NCBI GenBank assembly: GCA_963667255.1
Contig: OY762940.1
Location: forward strand, 832,001 to 896,000
Direction: 5' to 3'
DNA length: 64,000 bases
Source: Candidatus Cloacimonadota bacterium
GTDB taxonomy: Bacteria; Cloacimonadota; Cloacimonadia; G963667145
Of the stretch, positions 33,252 to 42,042 are shown piece by piece (position 1 is the stretch's first letter; every line of letters starts with the position of its first letter). Position numbers and translations under genes: made by a program. The notes beneath the pieces are model-generated. The model ran no database searches. It saw nothing but the letters and a program-made list of their open reading frames with translations, and was not told where the DNA came from.

Positions 33252-34786
33252 TGCAATTTATTTCCTGGGGAAGAAAAGTTTACTTTTATCTGCAATTCCA
33301 ATCATTTAGCAAAAACTAATATTCACAAAATTTTGAAAAAATTAAAGCCTAAAGCGAATGTAATTGAAATTCCTAAACACAAAAAAGGTCCAGTTTATGC
33401 TGTATCTTTAATTTATAATTTAATAGATGACGATGAGGAAGCAATTGTTAATTATTGCGATTTTGGAACATATTGGGATTATAAAGATTTTTTGAGGCAT
33501 ACTAGAAGTAGAAATGCTGATGGAGCTGTTCCTGCTTACAAAGGTTTCCATCCACATATGCTCGGAACAACCAACTATGCTTTTATGAGAGATAATAAGC
33601 AATGGATGTTGGAAATAAAGGAAAAAGAGCCTTTTACTGACAACAGAATGAATGAATATGCATCAAATGGAACTTATTATTTCAAAAAGGGCACATATCT
33701 TAAAAAATATTTTAGCAAACTCATTGATAATGATATAAATCTTGGTGGCGAATATTATGTCTCTCTTGTGTATAATCTTCTCGTTAACGACGGTTTAAAT
33801 GTTTCTATATATGAAATCCAACATATGTTGCAATGGGGAACTCCACAAGATTTGGAAGAATATAAAATTTGGTCTAACTATTTCAGAAATGTTATTGTAA
33901 ATCGTAATGAACTCGAATTTGTCCTTCCCAAAAGTACAATGTTAATTCCATTAGCTGGCAAGGGAAGTCGATTTGCAGATGCTGGTTATAAGATACCCAA
34001 ACCTCTTTTAAAAGTAAGCGGAAAACCAATGATAGTTCAAGCAGCTAATTCTTTGCCTAAAAGTGAATCGCAAGTATTTGTTGTTCTTCAAGAGCATTTA
34101 GATAATTTTTCCCTAAAACAATTTTTATTACAAGAATATCCTAACGCAAAAATTGTTCCAATTAACAAAGTTACGGATGGGCAGGCAATTACTTGTAGCT
34201 TTGGTCTCAAAGGCATTGATAAAAATGCACCTTTATTAATAGGGGCTACAGACAATGGTATGATTATAAATAAAGAAAAATATAATAGGCTAATCAGAGA
34301 TAAAAATGTTGATGCTATTATCTTCACTTTTAGGCATCATATAAGTAGTAAAAATAATCCTGAAATGTATGGCTGGGTAAAAGCTGATTTGCTTAATAAT
34401 GCTCTGTCTATTTCGGTAAAAAAACCAATTTCTAAAAATCCATATAATGATCATGCAATAGTGGGAACTTTTTGGTTTAGGCAAGTTGAATTTTTTAATA
34501 TAGCACTTAATAAATTGATTGATGATGACATAAGAATTAATGGGGAATTTTATGTAGATAGTCTAATGGGAGAATTGATAAAAATAGGGTTCAATGTCAA
34601 AGTTTTGGAAGTAGATAATTATATATGTTGGGGGACTCCAAATGATTATGAAACTTTCTATTATTGGCAAAGTTTTTTTCATAAAGCAAAATGGCATCCA
34701 TATTCGTTAGAAAAAGATCCAACTGTTAATAAATCTAAAATTATTAATCTTGATAAAAAATTCAGAAAATTTGAGCAAAAATTTGA

Positions 34787-35155
34787 ATGAGTAAAAATAA
34801 AAGGGAAATAATAAGATTTATTTTTGCTGGCTTTAGTGCTGTTGGTACGGATTTTGTTATTTATTTTATTTTAATTAATGTTTTGTCTAATAGTTTTTCC
34901 AAAATAATTTCATTTGTGTGTGGAACCATAGTTGCCTATTTGATAAATAAATATTGGACATTTGAAAAACACAAGAAATCATTGATTGAAATGTTTAAAT
35001 TCTTTTTCTTATATTTGCTTACTTTAAGTGTCAATGTGATTACTAATAAGATATTTTTGAATAATTTTAATTTAGTTTATTTTTCTTTTTTAATAGCAAC
35101 TGGAATTAGTACAATACTCAATTTTATTGGGCAAAAATGGTGGGTATTTAGATGA
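34787..35155 (+). CDS. GtrA-family lipid-linked sugar flippase
   Basis: 122 aa, about 4 TM helices, RFIFAG, YLINKYWTF, NFIGQKWWVF. Confidence 0.9.
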   Translation: MSKNKREIIRFIFAGFSAVGTDFVIYFILINVLSNSFSKIISFVCGTIVAYLINKYWTFEKHKKSLIEMFKFFFLYLLTLSVNVITNKIFLNNFNLVYFSFLIATGISTILNFIGQKWWVFR

Positions 35156-35179
35156 AGATTTTAATTATAGTAAATAAAA

Positions 35180-35890
35180 ATGTGTAAAATGAAATTTTCC
35201 ATTGTTGTTCCTTGCTATAATGAAGCAAAAAACATCCCTTTAATTTTAAATGAATTTGATACTATTATCAAAAGAAACGATATAGAAGTAATTTTGGTTG
35301 ATAACGGCTCAACAGATAATACGAATGAAGTGATCGAATTATATTTGTCCAAGTATAAATTTGCACGGTCAATTAAAATTGATATTAATCAAGGATATGG
35401 ATTTGGAATTGTCAGTGGATTAAATGTAGCTAAAGGGGAGTTGATTGGCTATACCCATGCTGATATGCAGACAAATCCTACCGATCTACTAACCGCATTA
35501 GAAATAGTAGAAAATCTGAAAAATTGTGAAAATTGTTATGTAAAAGGGAATCGTAAAGGAAGACCTTTGTTTGACCAAATTTTTACAATTGGTATGAGTC
35601 TATTTGAATCGTTATATCTAAAAAAAATTCTTTGGGATATAAATGCCCAACCCAATGTGTTTCATAGGAATTTTTTTGAAAAAATAAAAGATAGTTGTCC
35701 CAAAGATTTTTCATTAGATTTGTATTTATTATATATGGCTAAAAAAATGAGATTTAAAGTTATACGATTTAAAGTTGTTTTCCCACCAAGAGTTTTTGGA
35801 AAGTCAAGTTGGAATACAGGAATAATTTCAAAATGGAAATTTATAAAAAGGACATTAGATTTCAGTTATAAGTTGAAAAAGGAAATATAA
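35180..35890 (+). CDS. GT2 glycosyltransferase (polyprenol-phosphate glycosyltransferase-like)
   Basis: VVPCYNE, VDNGSTD, NQGYG, HADMQ, R.FGKSSW. Confidence 0.9.
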   Translation: MCKMKFSIVVPCYNEAKNIPLILNEFDTIIKRNDIEVILVDNGSTDNTNEVIELYLSKYKFARSIKIDINQGYGFGIVSGLNVAKGELIGYTHADMQTNPTDLLTALEIVENLKNCENCYVKGNRKGRPLFDQIFTIGMSLFESLYLKKILWDINAQPNVFHRNFFEKIKDSCPKDFSLDLYLLYMAKKMRFKVIRFKVVFPPRVFGKSSWNTGIISKWKFIKRTLDFSYKLKKEI

Positions 35891-35893
35891 AAA

Positions 35894-36487
35894 ATGGAAT
35901 TTATTGCTCATAGGGTAAATACTATAAAAGAACTTGAAAAATTATCTTTAGAATATGGAGTTGAAATAGATTTACGAGACTATAGCAATAGACTTATTCT
36001 TCAACATGACCCCTTTAAAATAGGAGAAGATTTTGAAGAGTATCTAAAACTATATAAACATGGGACAATGATACTTAATATCAAAAGTGAAAGAATTGAA
36101 TTTAGGATTTTGGAATTACTAAAAAAATACAATATTTCTAACTATTTCTTTTTGGATTGTTCTTTTCCAATGATTAATCTTCTTACAGAAAATGAAGAAA
36201 AAAATATCGCTTTAAGATTTTCTGAGTATGAAGGATTGGATACAATTTTAAATATGAAAGAAAAAATTAAATGGATATGGGTTGATTGTTTCACAAAATT
36301 ACCCATAGATAAAGAGAGTTATGCTATATTAAAACAAAATAATTTTAAATTGTGTTTAGTTTCCCCTGAACTTCAAAATCAAAAAGAAAAATTAGCTGAA
36401 TATAAACAATACTTGCTAAATAACCAAATAGAATTTGATGCTGTTTGTACGAAGGAATGTAACATTAGCTATTGGGATAAGTTTTAG
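35894..36487 (+). CDS. PLC/GDPD-like phosphodiesterase-fold protein
   Basis: IAHRVN, GVEIDLR, LQHDP, LNIKSE, VSPEL and DAVCT resemble GDPD TIM-barrel motifs. Confidence 0.65.
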   Translation: MEFIAHRVNTIKELEKLSLEYGVEIDLRDYSNRLILQHDPFKIGEDFEEYLKLYKHGTMILNIKSERIEFRILELLKKYNISNYFFLDCSFPMINLLTENEEKNIALRFSEYEGLDTILNMKEKIKWIWVDCFTKLPIDKESYAILKQNNFKLCLVSPELQNQKEKLAEYKQYLLNNQIEFDAVCTKECNISYWDKF

Positions 36488-36496
36488 TTTCAGCGT

Positions 36497-37660
36497 TTAT
36501 TGCCCGAGAATAGCTTTATTTTCCGTGATAAACAGAATAAATGGTAAGCAAAGTAAATTGGCGATTGCGGCAATGATGAAGGTAGTATTAAATCCGTAAA
36601 TATCGAAGAGAACTCCGGCGGAGTAAGCCATCAGGGAGTTAATTCCCAAATTTAGCGACATAAAAACGGCGTTCAAAAAAGCGGGATTGTTTTTATCGGA
36701 ACTGTTAATAGTCGCCAGTAAAATCGGTCCGTTGGCAAATGTGCTCAGTCCGATGCCTATTAAGCAAATTATTGTAACATATTGGTTGGACTGAAATTGG
36801 TTAAGTGCTATCAGAAATACAGACGACAAAACAACTGTTATGCCGAGAAGTTTGCGGCGAGAGAATTTGTCGGAAAGAGTTCCTGCACAGAATACACCTA
36901 TAGCTCCGAAAAATTGGACAATTGCCAAAGCTGAGCCTCCGATGACCAAACTTTTGCCCAGCGATGAGTAGTAAGTTGGGAGGAAAATTGTTACGGAAGC
37001 TTTCAAAATCCCCGCTGTCATATAAATTCCCGATATTCCTACGACTAATTTTGAGTGTTTTTTTAGCGTTCGTAATGCGTTGTTATGCTTGAAGTTACTG
37101 TTTGGTTTTTGTTCCACTTTTTCTTCTTTTAGTTTAAAGAAGAAATATATTGTTGAGATGATGACGGGCAAGAGTAGATAGTAGAGTTTGTGTTCGCCCA
37201 AGGTGGAAATCCCCCAGACGAAGAGCACAGGACCGGCGAAGCGGGCAATCTCCCCTCCTAACATATAGAAGCTCATTCCTTTTCCTATTAGTTCTCCCGA
37301 TAAATGTCTGACCATTACCGGTGCGGGAATATGGAACAACAGGACATTAGTTCCGCAAAATAGGAGCACGACGATTAGTGCCAAATAGTTAGGGCATTCA
37401 GTCAGGAAGCACATACAGATAGCAGAAACCAAAGGTCCGAAAATCACGAAAAACCGTAGGCTTATTCTATCTGCGATTATACCCAAAAATGGAGTGAAAA
37501 TTGAGGGAGCACGAAAAGCTACATTGAGCATAGCGGCTTGTGAATATGATAGCGAGAGGTTTTTTATCAGGACAGGTAGCACGGGTGAGATGAAAGAGGA
37601 GTAAACATCGTGCATAAAATGCCCGAAGGACACTAATATTATTTTGGAAGTTTTAAACAT
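36497..37660 (-). CDS. MFS transporter (Fsr-like)
   Basis: HFMHDVY, GIIADR, GTLSDKFSRR; about 12 hydrophobic segments. Confidence 0.88.
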   Translation of the reverse strand: MFKTSKIILVSFGHFMHDVYSSFISPVLPVLIKNLSLSYSQAAMLNVAFRAPSIFTPFLGIIADRISLRFFVIFGPLVSAICMCFLTECPNYLALIVVLLFCGTNVLLFHIPAPVMVRHLSGELIGKGMSFYMLGGEIARFAGPVLFVWGISTLGEHKLYYLLLPVIISTIYFFFKLKEEKVEQKPNSNFKHNNALRTLKKHSKLVVGISGIYMTAGILKASVTIFLPTYYSSLGKSLVIGGSALAIVQFFGAIGVFCAGTLSDKFSRRKLLGITVVLSSVFLIALNQFQSNQYVTIICLIGIGLSTFANGPILLATINSSDKNNPAFLNAVFMSLNLGINSLMAYSAGVLFDIYGFNTTFIIAAIANLLCLPFILFITENKAILGQ

Positions 37661-37699
37661 TAAAAAGAGCTATGATTAAACAAAAAGCTTATAGCAAAA

Positions 37700-38194
37700 C
37701 TATGTTGAGGCTTTGCAATTGCTTTTGTTGGCAATTGCCTTGAGCACCGTTTTGGGGACAAATTCTTCTAATTCGCCACCCAACATCAAAACTTGTCTTA
37801 CTATGGATGAGGAAAGATAGAGATTGCGAAAATCTGGCATAAAGAAAATTGTTTCCAAATTGGGTGAGAGCTTTTTATTTGTGAGGCTTTGCTGTAGTTC
37901 ATATTCAAAATCGCCCATTGCTCTCAATCCTCTAACAAGAAAATCAGCATTTTTTTTATTGGCAAAATCGACGATTAAACCTCTGAAATTTTCTACCTCT
38001 ACGAAAGGATGATTTTTGAGTGCTTCTTTGCAAATTTGTGTTCGCTCTTCCAGTGTGAATAAAGAGTCCTTGCAAGTATGATAGGCGACGGCTACTATAA
38101 CTTTATCGAAGAGCTTACCAGCTTTTTCTATGATATTTATGTGACCGTTGGTAATGGGGTCAAAAGTCCCTGGATAAATTGCGATTTTATTCAT
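37700..38194 (-). CDS. coaD: Phosphopantetheine adenylyltransferase
   Basis: YPGTFDPITNGH, VRGLR..DFEYE, LSSSIVR. Confidence 0.96.
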   Translation of the reverse strand: MNKIAIYPGTFDPITNGHINIIEKAGKLFDKVIVAVAYHTCKDSLFTLEERTQICKEALKNHPFVEVENFRGLIVDFANKKNADFLVRGLRAMGDFEYELQQSLTNKKLSPNLETIFFMPDFRNLYLSSSIVRQVLMLGGELEEFVPKTVLKAIANKSNCKAST

Positions 38195-39329
38195 TTTGCT
38201 CTTTAGAGTTAGGATTCGTCAAGAAACTCGGTTTAAAATTTTTGGCGTTCTGAATATTTTTGATTTTGCGAAAAGCTATAGATTGTTCTTCGGAATTTCT
38301 ATCAGCTTCTTTTTTGATAAAACCTAATTTAGTTTTTTCATCTTTGTTTTCTGTTTTTATGAAATCGTTGGAAATATTTAATCCTGTAGCAATCAAGATG
38401 ATTTTAATTGAGCCAGAGAGATTGTGGTCAATAACTAATCCCTTTATCACATCAACATTGGAATGGATTTTGTTGGCTATAATTCCCGTTGATTGTTCGA
38501 ACTCCGCCATTTGCAAATCTGTTCCTCCGATTACATTAATAATAACGGAGTCGCAGGAATCCAGTTTCATATTGGTGGTTATGATGTTTTCGAAGATTTC
38601 GTTGAAAGCGTCCTCAATTCTGTTTTCGCCTCTTCCCGTTCCACTGCAAATAATGGCATAGCCTTTATCTTTGATAACTTTTTTGATATCAGCAAAGTCC
38701 ACATTTATGTAACCTGTTTCATTCATGGTCAGACAGATGCTGTCAATGATATCCAAAAAAATTCCGTTTCCTTTGGCGAAAGCATCGAAGACGGAAAGAT
38801 TGTTGAACTTCTCCAAAATTTTTTGGTTGGGGAAGATGATTAAAACATCTGCACTCTCTTTTATTTTTAGGAGTCCTGCATTAGCATTTTCGAGTCTGAC
38901 TTTTCCTTCGGAGTTGAATGGCATAGTAACGGCAGCGATGGTAAGGATGTTCATATTGCGGGCAGTTTCTACGATGAATGGGGTCGCTCCTGTCCCTGTC
39001 CCGCCACCGAGTCCTGCCAAGCAAAACAGAATGTCTGTTCCTTCCAGAGCGTCTATTATCATCTGTTTAGATTCTTTGGCGGATTCGAGACCGATTTTCG
39101 GCTCTGACCCAGCTCCCAATCCAGATGTTATTTCCGGTCCGATATTGAGTGTGTTTGTCAACTCCTTGCTATTCAAATCGTTACAATCGGTGTTGATTGC
39201 CAAAGGGTAAAAAGAGCTTTTGGAATTTTTGATGACATACGACAAAATATTGGAACCTGCTCCGCCTATCCCGAATATTTTTATGTTGCCTTTATAGATT
39301 TGAGGCTTGGTTGCAATTTCTATTTCCAT
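38187..39329 (-). CDS. ftsZ: Cell division protein FtsZ
   Basis: GIGGAG, NTD, GLGAG, GGGTGTG tubulin signature, INVDFAD, C-terminal PSFL. Confidence 0.96.
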   Translation of the reverse strand: MEIEIATKPQIYKGNIKIFGIGGAGSNILSYVIKNSKSSFYPLAINTDCNDLNSKELTNTLNIGPEITSGLGAGSEPKIGLESAKESKQMIIDALEGTDILFCLAGLGGGTGTGATPFIVETARNMNILTIAAVTMPFNSEGKVRLENANAGLLKIKESADVLIIFPNQKILEKFNNLSVFDAFAKGNGIFLDIIDSICLTMNETGYINVDFADIKKVIKDKGYAIICSGTGRGENRIEDAFNEIFENIITTNMKLDSCDSVIINVIGGTDLQMAEFEQSTGIIANKIHSNVDVIKGLVIDHNLSGSIKIILIATGLNISNDFIKTENKDEKTKLGFIKKEADRNSEEQSIAFRKIKNIQNAKNFKPSFLTNPNSKEQNE

Positions 39330-39334
39330 AGCTG

Positions 39335-40576
39335 TTAGATAAAATCTTTAAAGAATTTTGATACTTTTGATAAAAAATCGTCTTTGAGAAATTTTTTGTT
39401 CATTTGAGGAGTGCTTTCTTTTTCCGACCAATGTAGAAGAAGACCGACGGTGGAAGCATATTCCACATCTTGTAGTCGCGTAATTTTTTCTCCGCAAAAG
39501 TCATCAAGATTTGGCTTCTTGAGACAAACGAACATCTGATTTTGAAAAGCTTCTTCCAAGAGAGTTTGCAATGCCGGCAATTTGGAACAACCGCCACAGA
39601 GGACTATGCCCACGGAGATGTTTCTCAAAATATTGTTGTTCAAAAAATTGCTGTATATCGCATCAACTATTTCCTTGGTTTGATAGATGATGATTTCGTT
39701 GATGGTTTCTGTGGAGACTGTCTTTATGCGTTGCCCGTTCAATTCGGTAATTTCTACATCTTTTTCTGTGCTCAAATCAGCCAGTTTGATTTTTTCGGCT
39801 GTTGCCAGTTTTGTGTTCAATCCGATTGCAAGAGCTTCTGTGATATTTTTTCCGCCGAGAGGAATAACTTTGGTGTAATAGAGCGTGCCACCGGAATAGA
39901 TGCTGATATCCGAAGTTCCGGAGCCGATGTCCAAGCAGATTGCTCCGTAAAGCTTTTCTTCTTCTTCCAAAATCGCCATCGAAGAGGCGAGCCCGCTGTA
40001 GATAAAGCGAATTACTTTGCATCCTGCTAATTCCACACATTTGTTGATGTCGCGGAGATTGGAGCGTTTGGCGAAGATAATGTGGACTTCCGATTTCAAT
40101 TCGCAACCGTATTTCCCAACAGGATTTTCTATGAGAGTCGGGTCGTTGTCTATGGCGTAGTTGCGAGGGATAGCGTGAATAATGCTGAGATTTTCTTTGT
40201 CTTTGTTTTCCAAAAGAGCTTTATTCTTGGCGTTATCGATGACATCCTTGATGTTTTTTTCTTTGATTTCGGTCTCTTCGTAGTTGCTGATGGTAATAGT
40301 CCCGCCAACATTGCTGTGCTCGATGTAATCTCCAGAAATTCCGACCAAGACGGATTCTATCTTGATGCCTGCTTCTTCCTCGGCGATGGATATAGCGGAG
40401 AGGATGCTATCTTTGGTGCGATAAATGTCGCTTACAATTCCACCCTTCAGACCTTCCGAAGGACTTTCGCCACTTCCTAAGATTTCCAGTTTGTTATCTT
40501 GAGAAAAACATGCTATGACGGCATAAATTTTACTGGTGCCAATATCGATGACGGCGAAGTTGTTGGAACGACTCAT
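39335..40576 (-). CDS. ftsA: Cell division protein FtsA
   Basis: DIGTSKI, LDIGSGTSD, LGGKNIT, VLCGG, YASTVGLL. Confidence 0.95.
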   Translation of the reverse strand: MSRSNNFAVIDIGTSKIYAVIACFSQDNKLEILGSGESPSEGLKGGIVSDIYRTKDSILSAISIAEEEAGIKIESVLVGISGDYIEHSNVGGTITISNYEETEIKEKNIKDVIDNAKNKALLENKDKENLSIIHAIPRNYAIDNDPTLIENPVGKYGCELKSEVHIIFAKRSNLRDINKCVELAGCKVIRFIYSGLASSMAILEEEEKLYGAICLDIGSGTSDISIYSGGTLYYTKVIPLGGKNITEALAIGLNTKLATAEKIKLADLSTEKDVEITELNGQRIKTVSTETINEIIIYQTKEIVDAIYSNFLNNNILRNISVGIVLCGGCSKLPALQTLLEEAFQNQMFVCLKKPNLDDFCGEKITRLQDVEYASTVGLLLHWSEKESTPQMNKKFLKDDFLSKVSKFFKDFI

Positions 40577-41254
40577 TTATTTCTCCAGCTCCTTGTAAAT
40601 CAATTGTTTCTTGAAAGATAAATCTATCACTTTGTTTTTGAGGTCAATACTTTTCTCTAAACTTTTGAGTTTGTTAATTTTACCCAAAATATCGCCGGGA
40701 CCTAAGCAAACATAGTTAATTGGACTGGATTTTAGAAAATACAATTTGTCGTTTTTATAAGAAAATTCCGAGATTAATTTTGCAAATTCGGGGTCTTTGG
40801 ACAGAATTTCGTTATAGAGGGAGTAGATTTCGTTAATTTGGGGATTGTCGATTGTGTCTCCGAGACTGTAGTAGGGTATGTCCAAATTGATAATGGGAAC
40901 CGGAGAATAATTTTGAAATTCCATAACAACTTTGTTTTTGCTCAATGGGGTATAGTAATTTTTCGTTTTCAGAAGAAAATAGTCTTCTTGATACAAGGGT
41001 GAAACGATGATGGCGTTCGGGAAAGATTTTTTCAATTTGCAGTCGTAAATTCTCGGAGAGTTCAATTTGTCGAGGATTTGTTGTTTGCTGACGGAGAAAA
41101 TATTTTTTCCGAGAAAATCGTCGAAACGAGGGTCGCTTTGCTCGGTTTTGTTGAGGCGAATGGATGCCACGCTGAAGTATGAGGACTGGATAAAAAAGAT
41201 AAATCCACCAATCAGCAAAAGGATTGCCAAGAGTAGTATAAGTTTTTTTTTCAT
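40577..41254 (-). CDS. ftsQ: Cell division protein FtsQ/DivIB
   Basis: Single N-terminal TM helix, POTRA-like GKNIF..KKSFPN, C-terminal IDLSF; directly upstream of ftsA. Confidence 0.8.
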   Translation of the reverse strand: MKKKLILLLAILLLIGGFIFFIQSSYFSVASIRLNKTEQSDPRFDDFLGKNIFSVSKQQILDKLNSPRIYDCKLKKSFPNAIIVSPLYQEDYFLLKTKNYYTPLSKNKVVMEFQNYSPVPIINLDIPYYSLGDTIDNPQINEIYSLYNEILSKDPEFAKLISEFSYKNDKLYFLKSSPINYVCLGPGDILGKINKLKSLEKSIDLKNKVIDLSFKKQLIYKELEK

Positions 41255-42042
41255 GAGATTTTTATCTCCATTGTTAGGGTTATATTGAACTGTTTTTTTA
41301 TTTCGGCTTGCACGAATTTGATTAACGCTACGACATCGCCAGAGGTTGCGTTGCCGGTATTTATGATGAAATTCGCATGCTTTTCACTGATTTTTGCTCC
41401 GCCGATACTTTTGCCTTTTAAATTTGCTTTGTCGATTAATTCTCCTGCACTTATGTTTTCGGGATTTGTGAAGATACAACCCAAATTAGGAGATTTGAGA
41501 GGTTGCGATTTTAGGCGTTGAGCAATATTATTTTTGACTTTTTTTTGGATATTTTCTCTCGAATCGGTCTGAAGAGCTATTTTTATTTCGTAAATATATC
41601 CATCAATGTCGGTAGAGCGGTAAGAATATGGAAATTCTTTGATGAGGTGTGTTTCGTTTTGGGGATTGATGGTGAGCAGGCTGTTTACCATGGGACAGAT
41701 TGATTGTCCATAAGCTCCTGCGTTCATCTTCACAAGACCACCGATATTGGCAGGGATACCGGCGAGAAATTCCAAACCGCCCAAATCTCTTTTTGCTGCT
41801 TCGTGTATGAGGTAGTTGACATTGACATTGGCAGAGACGATAACGGTGTTTTCCTCGAAAACAATTTTTTTGGGCATCAGATTGTCACAAAAGATTTTTT
41901 GCTCTCCGGTCAGCAGAGAGTTAGAACCACCGCTGACAATAGAAAAATCTTGTCTTAGCAATTGGGAAACCTCTTCCAAGTTTTGCGGGTAATATCCTTG
42001 CGAATTTATTCTGATGTGGGAGAAGATTGTTCCAGTTTTGAT
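41251..42042 (-). CDS. murB: UDP-N-acetylenolpyruvoylglucosamine reductase (start uncertain: ATC at 42042 or TTG at 41979)
   Basis: GGSN, GLEFLAGIP..GG.V.MNAGAYG, SYRS, QP, G.IF.NP, SEKHANFIIN. Confidence 0.9.
   Translation of the reverse strand: MKTGTIFSHIRINSQGYYPQNLEEVSQLLRQDFSIVSGGSNSLLTGEQKIFCDNLMPKKIVFEENTVIVSANVNVNYLIHEAAKRDLGGLEFLAGIPANIGGLVKMNAGAYGQSICPMVNSLLTINPQNETHLIKEFPYSYRSTDIDGYIYEIKIALQTDSRENIQKKVKNNIAQRLKSQPLKSPNLGCIFTNPENISAGELIDKANLKGKSIGGAKISEKHANFIINTGNATSGDVVALIKFVQAEIKKQFNITLTMEIKIS

Larger units (their letters stand above)
32022..34790 (+). pseudogene. Tandem (two-domain) sugar-phosphate nucleotidyltransferase-like protein, IS-interrupted
   Basis: Joining 32022-32140 (MHIIIPMSGIGKRFVDAGYKEPKPLI..) to 33260-34790 restores a 549-aa frame. 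A second domain starts at LIPLAGKGSRFADAGYKIPKPLL; both halves have GE(Y/F)YV and WGTP.D. Confidence 0.88.

Noticed and set aside
33240..34790. ORF-track starts at 33240, 25107 and 31559 as independent genes
   Set aside because: Each is the downstream part of an IS-split gene, and the listed start lies in the IS end or target duplication. Residual expression of the fragments cannot be excluded.
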